Assembly (NCBI GenBank): GCA_035479375.1
Contig: DATIIT010000009.1
Span: 5,073 to 69,072 of the forward strand
Reading direction: 5' to 3'
Origin: Candidatus Saccharimonadales bacterium
Lineage (GTDB): Bacteria; Patescibacteriota; Saccharimonadia; Saccharimonadales; UBA4665
DNA: 64,000 nucleotides
The translations under genes and the position numbers were made by a program. The notes beneath the pieces were generated by a model. That model worked only from the letters and a program-made list of their open reading frames with translations, ran no database searches and was not told the DNA's origin. Below are positions 54,274 through 63,175 of this stretch, in pieces; the first letter of the stretch is position 1, and each line of letters starts with the position of its first letter.

Positions 54274-54298
54274 AAACCGCCTGGAATGCAGGCGGTTT
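54274..54298 (-). terminator. rpmE intrinsic terminator
   Basis: AAACCGCCTG-gaatg-CAGGCGGTTT, followed on the minus strand by a T-rich tract. Confidence 0.75.
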
Positions 54299-54315
54299 GG
54301 GTGCGGACGGTGTCG

Positions 54316-54663
54316 CTACGCTTGGCCGGTTTTGCGGGCCTCGGCCTTTTCGGCCTTGGCGGCTTGGCGGGTAGCCTGCTTTTTGGCGGCGGCCATGCGC
54401 GATTCGCGGGCCTTGGCGGCAGCCTCGGCACGGGCCTTGAACTTGTCTACGCGGCCTTCGATGTCCACAATGCGTTCTTCACCGGTGAAGAACGGGTGCG
54501 AGGCGCTGGTAATGTGCACCTTTACGAGTGGGTATTCGTTGCCGTCTTCCCACTTAGTTTTTTCTTCGGTGGCCACGGTGGAGCGGGTCAGGAACTTGAA
54601 GCCGTTGTTCAGGTCCTCAAAAACCACAGGGCGATATGCTTTGGGGTGGATGTCTTTCTTCAT
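54316..54663 (-). CDS. rpmE: 50S ribosomal protein L31 type B (zinc-independent) with Ala/Lys-rich tail
   Basis: [31 protein letters not shown]; no CxxC. Confidence 0.92.
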   Translation of the reverse strand: MKKDIHPKAYRPVVFEDLNNGFKFLTRSTVATEEKTKWEDGNEYPLVKVHITSASHPFFTGEERIVDIEGRVDKFKARAEAAAKARESRMAAAKKQATRQAAKAEKAEARKTGQA

Positions 54664-54775
54664 AATTAGGAGTATTGTATCTGTTTTTGCGCCAATTGTA
54701 AAGAGTTGCTGTAACGCGGCCTGCACCACCGGCCAGATTATTGTTTAAACATATTTATTGTATAATACAAAATAT

Positions 54776-55450
54776 ATGATGCACCATGACCTGCCGCCTC
54801 CATACCAGTTCAACCGGATGGATTTTCCGGCCGCTTCAGACAGTGAGATCGCCAGCCTACACCTGGCCACGTATGACTGGGCCGTGACATACGGGCGGGT
54901 GAGATGGCCGGAGGAGCTGTATGCGCCTGACGCCGGTACTGGCGCTGCGCTTCGCGGCATGCCAGCATCGGGCATAGACGGCTCAATGATGCACCTTGCT
55001 AGCATCGAGCAGCGGTTGCTCCGCGCACATGTCCCTGATGTGGTTGACATGCTTGGTATCCCACCAAGCGAGCCAGGCAAGTGTATGTTGCAGGTTGGGT
55101 ATCGGCCAGCACAAGCACTGTTGATTAATCCCGATAACAGCCAACCGGAACATTTTTCCCGGCCCGCCACGAGCTTCATTATCAGACATAACCGCGGTGA
55201 AGGGCGGCGGAACGGTTTTGCTGCCTACACCTTGTTTAGCGACAGCGTCATTGGGGAGCCTGGTGACGTGGCGGCCCGCCACACGGTTAGCCGCGAATTT
55301 GACCAGATCCACACAGTAGAGCCTCGTTTACGGACAATTGAGGCTGCGCTGCTGCGGCAACTTATCACCTGTCTGGGAGCGGTTGCTGCGGCGCGAGGCG
55401 GCTCCCGGCGGTATTGGCGCCTCGGCGACAACACCGCCTCCGGCCACTAG
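54776..55450 (+). CDS. Hypothetical protein (orphan)
   Basis: Long ORF with TATAAT 9 nt before ATG 54776; no family recognised. Confidence 0.5.
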   Translation: MMHHDLPPPYQFNRMDFPAASDSEIASLHLATYDWAVTYGRVRWPEELYAPDAGTGAALRGMPASGIDGSMMHLASIEQRLLRAHVPDVVDMLGIPPSEPGKCMLQVGYRPAQALLINPDNSQPEHFSRPATSFIIRHNRGEGRRNGFAAYTLFSDSVIGEPGDVAARHTVSREFDQIHTVEPRLRTIEAALLRQLITCLGAVAAARGGSRRYWRLGDNTASGH

Positions 55451-55477
55451 ACAACAGGGGCGCCCCTCTGGTATACT
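55448..55477 (+). promoter_or_regulatory. sigma70-type promoter of the rpsB-tsf operon
   Basis: TAGACA-18 nt-TATACT with extended TGn. Confidence 0.6.
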
Positions 55478-55573
55478 GCAAAGGTCATTAATGAAGCAGG
55501 TTGGGGACAATCCTCCTACCGGTTAGCCGTGCAGGCACCGGCGGGTACCCATCCGAAGAGAAAGGACAACCAC

Positions 55574-56326
55574 ATGGCTACTGTTGATGTAGACATTAAA
55601 CAACTATTAGAGGCCGGCGCGCACTTTGGCCACAAGACCAGCCGCTGGCACCCCAAGATGGCGCAGTACATCCACAGCAAGCGCGGCGGCAGCCACATCA
55701 TCGACCTTAACCACACCGTCGCTGGCCTGGAAAAGGCGCTCGACTTTGTGGCTAACACCGTGGGCGAGGGCAAGCAAGTGTTGTTTGTGGCCACCAAGCG
55801 CCAGGCGCAGGACATCGTCAAGCAATTGGCCGAGGACGTGAAGCAGCCGTTTGTCACCGAGCGTTGGCTCGGCGGCATGCTCACCAACTGGCCTACCATT
55901 TCTAGCCGCGTCAAGCGCCTCCACGACCTGGAAGAAAAAATGGCTTCCGGCGAGCTGGGCAACAAGTACAGCAAGCTCGAAGTGCAGCGCTTCCAAGAGG
56001 AAATCGACCGCCTCAACGTTTTGTACGGTGGCATCAAGAACATGTCTGCCAAGCCTGGTGCAGTGTTTATTTTTGACGTCGTCGCCGACGTGAACGCCGT
56101 CAAGGAAGCCCGCAAGCTTGGCCTGCCCATCGTCGCCCTGATAGACACTAACGCTGACCCCACCTTGGCCGACTACCCGGTGCCCAGCAACGACGACGCC
56201 ATCAAGACCATCCAGCTGATCGCCGATTACGCCAAACAAGCGGTGGAAGCCGGCGCTGCCAAGCGCGCCAAGGCCACCCCGGCTGCCGAAAAAGCCGACA
56301 AAGACGAAGCAACCGAAGAAAAATAA
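55574..56326 (+). CDS. rpsB: 30S ribosomal protein S2
   Basis: LLEAGAHFGH, WHPKM, RWLGGMLTN, DTNADP, PSNDDA; AAAGGA RBS. Confidence 0.97.
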   Translation: MATVDVDIKQLLEAGAHFGHKTSRWHPKMAQYIHSKRGGSHIIDLNHTVAGLEKALDFVANTVGEGKQVLFVATKRQAQDIVKQLAEDVKQPFVTERWLGGMLTNWPTISSRVKRLHDLEEKMASGELGNKYSKLEVQRFQEEIDRLNVLYGGIKNMSAKPGAVFIFDVVADVNAVKEARKLGLPIVALIDTNADPTLADYPVPSNDDAIKTIQLIADYAKQAVEAGAAKRAKATPAAEKADKDEATEEK

Positions 56327-56340
56327 GAAGGGGGACGAAC

Positions 56341-56940
56341 ATGGCAGTAAGCATCGAAGAAATTAAGCGCCTGCGCGAACTCACCGGCGTGGGCATGACC
56401 GACGCCAAGCGCGCCCTGGACGAAGCCGGCGGCGACTTTGACAAAGCCCTGGCCGAAATGCGCAAAAAAGGCATGACCAAAGCCGAGAAGCGCGGCGAGC
56501 GCGAGGCCCGCGCCGGCGTCATCGGCACCTACAACCACGACAACCGCATCGGCGTGCTCGTGGAAGTTAACTGCGAAACTGATTTTGTGGCCCGCAACGA
56601 AATCTTCACCAACCTGGTGAAAGACCTGAGCATGCAGATTGCCGCCAGCGCCCCGCTGTACGTCAGCAGCGACAACATCCCAGCCGCAGACACCGACGCC
56701 ATCAAAGCCGAGTTCACCGAAAAGGCGAAGGCCGAAGGCAAGCCGGACAACATGGTGGAGAAAATCGTGGAAGGCATGCTCAAGAAGCATTTTGCTGAGC
56801 GCTGCCTGGTGGACCAGCCCTTTGTGAAGAACCCGGACCAAACCGTGGGGCAGTACATCAAGGAGCACATCGCCAAACTGGGCGAGAACATTGTGGTGCG
56901 CCGCTTTAGCCGCATGGCGCTCGGCGAAGTTACCGAGTAG
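56341..56940 (+). CDS. tsf: Elongation factor Ts (short form)
   Basis: IKRLRELTGVGMTDAKRAL, EVNCETDFVA, IVVRRFSR. Confidence 0.97.
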   Translation: MAVSIEEIKRLRELTGVGMTDAKRALDEAGGDFDKALAEMRKKGMTKAEKRGEREARAGVIGTYNHDNRIGVLVEVNCETDFVARNEIFTNLVKDLSMQIAASAPLYVSSDNIPAADTDAIKAEFTEKAKAEGKPDNMVEKIVEGMLKKHFAERCLVDQPFVKNPDQTVGQYIKEHIAKLGENIVVRRFSRMALGEVTE

Positions 56941-56949
56941 CGCCCGGCA

Positions 56950-57483
56950 ATGGCGCTCAGCGACGAACCAGAAGAACTGCTCGACCTAGTAGATAGCCAT
57001 GACATCGTGGTGGGCACTGTGGTGCGCGAAGAAGTCGCGCGCCTTGGCATGGCGCTGCCCGGAATGGTGCGCGCCAGCAACGTATTTATTGTGGACGGCC
57101 GCGGCCGGCTGTGGGTTCCGCGCCGCTCGCCGCATAAAAAATCGGCACCCAACGGTTTAGACTACAGCGCTGGTGAGCACGTCCAGGCCGGTGAAACCTA
57201 TGCGCAGGCCATAATCCGCGGCATGAAAGAGGAGCTTAACCTTGATGCTGGCGAGCCGCAGCTCGAACTTTTGGCCAAAATTTCCAACGCGCCCGTCGGG
57301 TTGCCCTATTTTAATACCATATACCTCTATCGCTCAGACGACGTCCCGCACTATAATACTAATGACTTCGTGTCGTACGAGTGGCTGACGCCCGCAGAGC
57401 TCCAGGCTAAACTGGCGGCGGGCGAGCCGGCTAAAAAAGACATGGAACTCGCTGTTGCGGCACTACTGGACGCTAAGAAGTAA
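56950..57483 (+). CDS. NUDIX hydrolase / IDI-like protein with degenerate Nudix box
   Basis: ELLDLVD, RRS.HK, LDYSAGEHVQAGETYAQAIIRGMKEELNL. Confidence 0.8.
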   Translation: MALSDEPEELLDLVDSHDIVVGTVVREEVARLGMALPGMVRASNVFIVDGRGRLWVPRRSPHKKSAPNGLDYSAGEHVQAGETYAQAIIRGMKEELNLDAGEPQLELLAKISNAPVGLPYFNTIYLYRSDDVPHYNTNDFVSYEWLTPAELQAKLAAGEPAKKDMELAVAALLDAKK

Positions 57484-57492
57484 AGGAGCCAC

Positions 57493-58044
57493 ATGGACAT
57501 CAAACAATATGAAGAAAAAATGAAGCAGGCCGTAGCCCACTTTGGCGACGAGCTCAAAAAAGTGCGCACCGGCCGCGCCAGCGCCAGCATGCTGGACGGC
57601 GTCATGGTGGCGGCTTACGGCTCGCAGATGCCGCTCAACCAAGTGGCCAACGTGACCGCGCCAGAGGCGCAGCTCATCCAGATTACGCCGTTTGACCCGG
57701 GTAACATCCAGGCCATTGCCAGCGCTATCCGGGACAACCCCACACTAGGTTTGAACCCCAGCGACGACGGCCGCGTGGTGCGTGTGCCTATCCCTTCGCT
57801 CACCGAAGAGCGCCGCCGCGAATACGTCAAAAACCTGGGTGGTAAGGTAGAAGACGCCATGGTGTCCTTGCGCAACATCCGCCACGACGCCATGGACGCG
57901 GTTGCCAGCGCCAAAAAGGACAAGCAAGTGGGCGAGGACGACGCCAAGCGCCTAGAAAAACAGGTGGACGAGGCCATGAACCGCGCGAAGTCAGACATCG
58001 ACGCCGCGGCCAAGGCCAAAGAAACCGAAATCATGACGATCTAA
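57493..58044 (+). CDS. frr: Ribosome recycling factor
   Basis: KVRTGRAS, LGLNPS.DG, P.LTEERR, LRNIR.DA. Confidence 0.97.
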   Translation: MDIKQYEEKMKQAVAHFGDELKKVRTGRASASMLDGVMVAAYGSQMPLNQVANVTAPEAQLIQITPFDPGNIQAIASAIRDNPTLGLNPSDDGRVVRVPIPSLTEERRREYVKNLGGKVEDAMVSLRNIRHDAMDAVASAKKDKQVGEDDAKRLEKQVDEAMNRAKSDIDAAAKAKETEIMTI

Positions 58045-58085
58045 TTTAAGCCTACTTGCAGCAAACAGGCGTATAATCAACCGGA

Positions 58086-58784
58086 ATGGATGAACAACTG
58101 GCGCTCCTGCCTACGCACCTCGGTTTTATTTTAGACGGCAACCGCCGTTGGGCGCGCCAGCACAGCCTGCCGGATTTTGACGGGCACCTGGCCGGCTACA
58201 ACGCGCTGCGTGAAGTCATCGAGCACTGTTTTGAGCTTGGCGTGCCATATGTCAGCATTTACGCCTTTTCTAGCGAAAACTGGAAGCGCGACAAACGCGA
58301 GGTTAGCGGCCTGATGAAGCTGGCGGCCAAGGCCATCAGCTCCGACCTCAAACGCTTCATTGCCCGCAACATCCGTGTGCGCTACGCCGGGCGCCGCGAC
58401 GGCATCGGCAAAAAGCTGCTGGCGGCCGTAGAAAAAGCCGAGGAAGCCACCCGCGACCTTACTGGCGGCACGCTGTTGCTGTGCTTCAATTATGGCGGCA
58501 AGCAGGAAATTGTCGATGCCGTGCAAGCCTGCCTGGAAGACGGGCTCACCGCTACTCAGATCACCGAGGAAGCGATCGCCGAACGGCTGTACGTGCCCGA
58601 GGCGCCTGGCATCGACCTCATCGTGCGCACCAGCGGCGAGCAGCGCCTGAGCAATTTTATGCTCTGGCGCTCGGCCTACAGCGAGCTACTGTTCATCAAA
58701 AAATACTGGCCAGACATGACAAAAGAAGACGTGGCCGATATTATAAAAGAGTACAACCGCCGCCAGCGCCGTTTTGGCGGCTAG
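58086..58784 (+). CDS. uppS: Undecaprenyl/polyprenyl diphosphate synthase
   Basis: HLGFILDGNRRWA, YAFSSENWKR, NYGGKQEI, RTSGEQRLSNFMLW, RRFGG. Confidence 0.96.
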   Translation: MDEQLALLPTHLGFILDGNRRWARQHSLPDFDGHLAGYNALREVIEHCFELGVPYVSIYAFSSENWKRDKREVSGLMKLAAKAISSDLKRFIARNIRVRYAGRRDGIGKKLLAAVEKAEEATRDLTGGTLLLCFNYGGKQEIVDAVQACLEDGLTATQITEEAIAERLYVPEAPGIDLIVRTSGEQRLSNFMLWRSAYSELLFIKKYWPDMTKEDVADIIKEYNRRQRRFGG

Positions 58785-58807
58785 GCGCGAGTAGCGCAGG
58801 AGGGGAT

Positions 58808-59914
58808 TTGTCTGTAGTTTTGCTCATAATTGGCATTTTGCTGTTCATCGGCCTGGTGGTGTTCCACGAGTTTGGCCATTTTTTGGCCGCCCGGCGCAAC
58901 GGCGTTGAGGTAGAGGAGTTCGGCATCGGCTTCCCGCCGCGCGCCTGGAAGCGGGACACCAAAAAGGGCTTTGTCTTTAGCCTGAACTGGCTGCCCATTG
59001 GCGGTTTCGTCAAACTGAAGGGGGAAAACGATGCGGCCACAGCCAAGGGTTCCTTTGGGGCGGCCTCGTTTGGCGCCAAGGCCAAGATCATGCTGGCTGG
59101 CGTGGGCATGAACCTGCTGGCCGCGTTCGTTATTTTTACGGCGCTGGCCTGGATTGGCATGCCACAGCTTATAGACAACCAGTTTTCGGTAAAGAGTGAC
59201 ACCAAAGTGGTACAGCGGCGGGTGCTCGTGGGCGTTGTGGAAAGCGGCACGCCGGCGGCAAAAGCCGGGCTACAGGCGCGAGACGAGCTGAAAACTATCG
59301 GCATCCCCGGCCAGAAGCCCACGCCGGTGACGGCCGCCGCTGCACTGCCGGCAATCACTAAATCATATGCCGGCAAAGTAGTGGCCATCACCTATGGCCG
59401 CAACAACCAAACCCATGTCGCCACCACGCAGCTGCGCACTACAGCCCAGGCGAAAGGCAGCGCCTACCTCGGGCTGGCCCCAGCCGAGTTTATGCTCACG
59501 CGCGCTAGCTGGAGCGCGCCCGTGCAAGCCGTAGGGCTCATGGCGCAGTTTACCGGCGCCACATTTAAGGGGCTGGGCACGGCGCTGGCCGCCTTATTCC
59601 ATGGTGACACGCACACGGCAAGCGAGCAGGTCTCCGGCCCGGTCGGCATCGTGGTGGTGCTGCACGACGGTAGCATGCTCGGCTACAAATATGTGCTGCT
59701 GATTATCGGCGTCATCTCGCTCAGCCTGGCTATTATGAACGTCTTGCCCATCCCGGCGCTCGATGGTGGCCGTTTCTATGTGGTTTTGCTGTCGCGCATC
59801 TTCGGCAAAAAACTGTCGCAAGATATGGAGGAGCGTATCGTGGGCGCCAGTTTCGTGTTCCTGCTTGTCCTTATAGCGCTCATCACGGTTGTAGATGTCA
59901 AACGGTTCTTCTAG
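58808..59914 (+). CDS. rseP: Site-2 protease RseP (M50) with PDZ domain
   Basis: HEFGH, LPIGGFVKL, NVLPIPALDGG; TTG start after AGGAGG. Confidence 0.93.
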   Translation: MSVVLLIIGILLFIGLVVFHEFGHFLAARRNGVEVEEFGIGFPPRAWKRDTKKGFVFSLNWLPIGGFVKLKGENDAATAKGSFGAASFGAKAKIMLAGVGMNLLAAFVIFTALAWIGMPQLIDNQFSVKSDTKVVQRRVLVGVVESGTPAAKAGLQARDELKTIGIPGQKPTPVTAAAALPAITKSYAGKVVAITYGRNNQTHVATTQLRTTAQAKGSAYLGLAPAEFMLTRASWSAPVQAVGLMAQFTGATFKGLGTALAALFHGDTHTASEQVSGPVGIVVVLHDGSMLGYKYVLLIIGVISLSLAIMNVLPIPALDGGRFYVVLLSRIFGKKLSQDMEERIVGASFVFLLVLIALITVVDVKRFF

Positions 59915-60707
59915 CCCATCCCCGGCTGCTGCTGCGCCTCATCCCGCCGCGCCAGCCGGCCCCACTGATTACCAGCGCTGGCCGTGGGGCCCGGCCGCTG
60001 GTTTTTTTGTGACGGCCTGTTCGTTTTTGCTGTCGCAGCTGCTGGCCGGCGGGGTGTTTATGCTCTTGTTCACGGCCTTAGGGTGGCCGGCCGCACGCAG
60101 CAACAACTGGTTTAACTCGGTGCTGGGCCAGTTCCTGGCCGTCGTGCTCAGCGAGGTGTTGGCGCTCGTCTTTTTGGGGTGGTTTTTGCGCTGGCGCAAG
60201 GCGCCCTGGCGTTTGCTCGGCTTTACCCGGCTACCCCTGTTACGAGACGTGGGCAAGGCGGCGCTCGGCTTTGTGATTTATTTCACATTGCTGCTTGTGA
60301 TTGGAGGCATTGCCGCAGCGGTTTTCCACATCAATATGGACCAAAAACAGGAGCTGGGGTTTGACACGGTGCGCGGCATTGGCGACAAGCTTTTGGTGTT
60401 CGTAAGCCTGGTGCTGCTGCCGCCAATTGTGGAGGAAACGCTGTTCCGCGGCTTCCTGTTTACCGGCCTGCGTAAGAAGTTGAAGCTACTTCCGGCGCTG
60501 CTTATAACCAGCTTGCTGTTTGCCTCGCCGCACCTGGCTGAGGGCAGCGGCGGCGTGCTGTGGATGGCCGGCATCGACACGTTTCTACTGTCGGTTGTAT
60601 TGTGCTATTTGCGCGAAAAAACCGGTGCCTTGTGGGCGGGCGTCGCGGTGCATATGTTGAAGAACGGCGTGGCCTTTGCGTACCTATATATTTTCGTCAG
60701 CAAATAG
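59895..60707 (+). CDS. CPBP (CAAX/Abi) family intramembrane metalloprotease
   Basis: PIVEETLFRG, FASPH, HMLKN motifs and multiple TMs. Confidence 0.9.
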   Translation: MSNGSSSPSPAAAAPHPAAPAGPTDYQRWPWGPAAGFFVTACSFLLSQLLAGGVFMLLFTALGWPAARSNNWFNSVLGQFLAVVLSEVLALVFLGWFLRWRKAPWRLLGFTRLPLLRDVGKAALGFVIYFTLLLVIGGIAAAVFHINMDQKQELGFDTVRGIGDKLLVFVSLVLLPPIVEETLFRGFLFTGLRKKLKLLPALLITSLLFASPHLAEGSGGVLWMAGIDTFLLSVVLCYLREKTGALWAGVAVHMLKNGVAFAYLYIFVSK

Positions 60708-60729
60708 CCGTGTTATACTTAAGGCCGTT

Positions 60730-60792
60730 ATGAAAATCGTACGCCCGCCGCTTGCCACTTTTATGCCGATTATCCCGGCCCCCGGGCTGTAG
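60730..60792 (+). CDS. Putative Pro-rich leader peptide of proS (MKIVRPPLATFMPIIPAPGL)
   Basis: 20-codon ORF with 5 Pro codons, 10 nt after an extended -10 (TGtTATACT 60711-19); overlaps a GC hairpin followed by a T6 tract. Confidence 0.45.
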   Translation: MKIVRPPLATFMPIIPAPGL

Positions 60793-60847
60793 TTTTTTAC
60801 CACCAACTTTTATTTTGACGACAATACATTTTACAGACTAAGGAGCT

Positions 60848-62566
60848 ATGACGATGAAAGTATCGCAATTGTTCACGAAAACTACCAAGAATATTCCAGC
60901 TAACGAAGTGTCAAAGAATGCCCAGTTTTTAATCCAGGCTGGCTATATTTATAAAGATTCAGCCGGTGTTTACGCAATGCTCCCGCTGGGCTTAAAAGTC
61001 CTGCAAAATATTATTTCGATCATCCGCGAGGAAATGAATGCGATCGGCGGTGAGGAAGTGCTCATGACTACCTTGCAACGACAAGAATTGTGGGAACGCA
61101 CCGACCGCTGGGATGACGAACAAGTGGATGTGTGGTTTAAGTCTAAGCTTAAGAATGACACTGAGGTTGGTTTTGGCTGGTCCCACGAAGAGCAAATGAC
61201 AGAAATGATGTGTAATTTTGTATCGAGCTACCGCGACCTGCCGCGCAGGGTATACCAGTTCCAGAATAAATTGCGCAACGAGACTCGCGCAAAGAGCGGT
61301 ATTTTACGCACCCGTGAGTTTATCATGAAGGATTTATATTCTTTCTCCCGCAGCGACCAAGAGCACGATATCTTTTATGAGCAGGCAAAGGCCGCATATA
61401 CACGCATTTTTGATCGTGTAGGCTTAGGCGAATGGACGTATCTGACAGTTGCCTCGGGTGGCGCCTTCGCAGAATTTAGCCATGAGTTTCAAACTCGGTG
61501 CGAAGCAGGAGAAGACCGTGCCTTCCGAGCCGCTAAAGCTGACCTGACATTTAACGAAGAAATTGCGCCGACAAGGGCTCCGGCAGTCGAACAGCCCGGG
61601 GTTGAGCAGGCGCCGATGCAAGAGGTGGAGGGCAAGGGCTTGATCGGCGTTGAATCGCTGGCAAAATTTTTGGAGATACCTGTAGAGTTAACCACCAAGA
61701 CGATGCTCTTCGAAGACGAACACGGTACCGTAATCGCCGCAGCCGTACGGGGTGGCTACAATGTGAACGAAAATAAATTACGCAAGGTGGCAGGTGTTAA
61801 ATCTTTAGTTCTAGCTAGCGAGGCGACAGTCAAGCGCATAACTGGCGCTGAGGTTGGTTATGCCGGTATCCTTAACTTGCCTAAGGAAGTGCGCATATTC
61901 GTGGACGAGTCATGCGCCAACCGGGTGAACTTCGAAATGGGTGCAAACCGTACCAATTACCACAGCATTAATGTCAACTGGGGCCGCGACTTGCCACTGC
62001 CAGACGAATTCGTGGATATTAAGACGGCCAAAGCGGGCGACGCCTATCCCGAAACCGGCGAAGTATACGAGGTTTTTACTGTGGCGGAAGTGGGCAATAT
62101 TTTTAACCTTGGCATTAGTAAAAGCGACCCAATTGGCCTGAAGTTTGTTGACGAAGACGGCCAGGAGAAGCCCGTGGTCATGGGGTCTTATGGCATCGGT
62201 CCTGGCCGGGTTATGGGTGTGATTGTAGAGAAGTATCATGACGAGCGCGGCATTATATGGCCGGAAAGCGTCGCGCCTTACAAAGTCTACTTGGCCAGCC
62301 TCGGCAAAGAAGAAACGGTGACGCAAACGGCCCAAGCATTGTACGAGGCATTGCAATCGGCAGGCGTTACGGTATTATATGACAATCGTACCGACGCACG
62401 GGCCGGCGAAAAGTTTGCCGACGCCGACCTTTTGGGCATGCCGTACCGGGTGGTGGTGAGCGCCAAAACGCTCGCCGGCAACCAAGTAGAGGTGAAAAAA
62501 CGCACCGAAGACACCGCCCAGCTCATGGACCAAAAATCCGTGATAAAAATGGTCGCAGATTCATAA
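60848..62566 (+). CDS. proS: Prolyl-tRNA synthetase with INS editing domain
   Basis: AGVYAMLPLG, YRDLP...QFQNKLRNETR, GILRTREFIMKDLYSF, INS domain (KTML...VRGGY.VNE.K), EVGNIF.LG, MGSYGIG; start 60848 or 60854. Confidence 0.96.
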   Translation: MTMKVSQLFTKTTKNIPANEVSKNAQFLIQAGYIYKDSAGVYAMLPLGLKVLQNIISIIREEMNAIGGEEVLMTTLQRQELWERTDRWDDEQVDVWFKSKLKNDTEVGFGWSHEEQMTEMMCNFVSSYRDLPRRVYQFQNKLRNETRAKSGILRTREFIMKDLYSFSRSDQEHDIFYEQAKAAYTRIFDRVGLGEWTYLTVASGGAFAEFSHEFQTRCEAGEDRAFRAAKADLTFNEEIAPTRAPAVEQPGVEQAPMQEVEGKGLIGVESLAKFLEIPVELTTKTMLFEDEHGTVIAAAVRGGYNVNENKLRKVAGVKSLVLASEATVKRITGAEVGYAGILNLPKEVRIFVDESCANRVNFEMGANRTNYHSINVNWGRDLPLPDEFVDIKTAKAGDAYPETGEVYEVFTVAEVGNIFNLGISKSDPIGLKFVDEDGQEKPVVMGSYGIGPGRVMGVIVEKYHDERGIIWPESVAPYKVYLASLGKEETVTQTAQALYEALQSAGVTVLYDNRTDARAGEKFADADLLGMPYRVVVSAKTLAGNQVEVKKRTEDTAQLMDQKSVIKMVADS

Positions 62567-62631
62567 AATAAGTTGCTATAATGAAGCGTCGTTCATAGCC
62601 GAACCACAGAGTACGAAGGAGTGAATTAACC

Positions 62632-63096
62632 ATGAACAAATTATTTCATCTGACAAAACAAGGAGTTGACGAGTTGCAGGCCGAGCTGGCCGAGCTCAAT
62701 TCGCAGCGCAGCGAGATCGCCGACCGCATTAAGACGGCCCGCGAGTTTGGCGACCTGGGCGAAAACATGGAATACACCGCCGCCATGCAGGACAAGGAGC
62801 GCAACGAAAACCGCATCAGCGAGATCGAGCACATCCTGAAGAACGTGCAGGTCATTACCGCACCAAAAGGCGGCAAAAACAAGGTAGTTTTGGGCTCCAC
62901 CGTCAAGCTGAAGAGCGCCGGCGGCAAAACCAAAGAGTTCCAGGTTGTGGGTACCGTGGAGGCCGACCCGCTCAACGGCAAAATTTCCGACGAATCGCCG
63001 ATTGGCAAAGCCTTGATGGGCAAGGCCATGGGCGCTGAGGTGGAGATTAAGACGCCGGCCGAAACCGCCACGTACGTCATCGCCGAAATCGCCTAG
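62632..63096 (+). CDS. greA: Transcription elongation factor GreA
   Basis: AREFGDLGENMEY, IS.ESPIGKALMG; GAAGGAG RBS. Confidence 0.95.
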   Translation: MNKLFHLTKQGVDELQAELAELNSQRSEIADRIKTAREFGDLGENMEYTAAMQDKERNENRISEIEHILKNVQVITAPKGGKNKVVLGSTVKLKSAGGKTKEFQVVGTVEADPLNGKISDESPIGKALMGKAMGAEVEIKTPAETATYVIAEIA

Positions 63097-63111
63097 CATT
63101 GCTCTTAGGCG

Positions 63112-63146
63112 GCGCTTTGGCGGCTGCGCCCAAAGCGCTGGTTTTT
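63112..63146 (+). terminator. greA intrinsic terminator
   Basis: GCGCTTTGG-9 nt-CCAAAGCGC followed by TGGTTTTTT. Confidence 0.7.
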
Positions 63147-63175
63147 TAGCGCATTAACAGATATAATGCTGCCAT

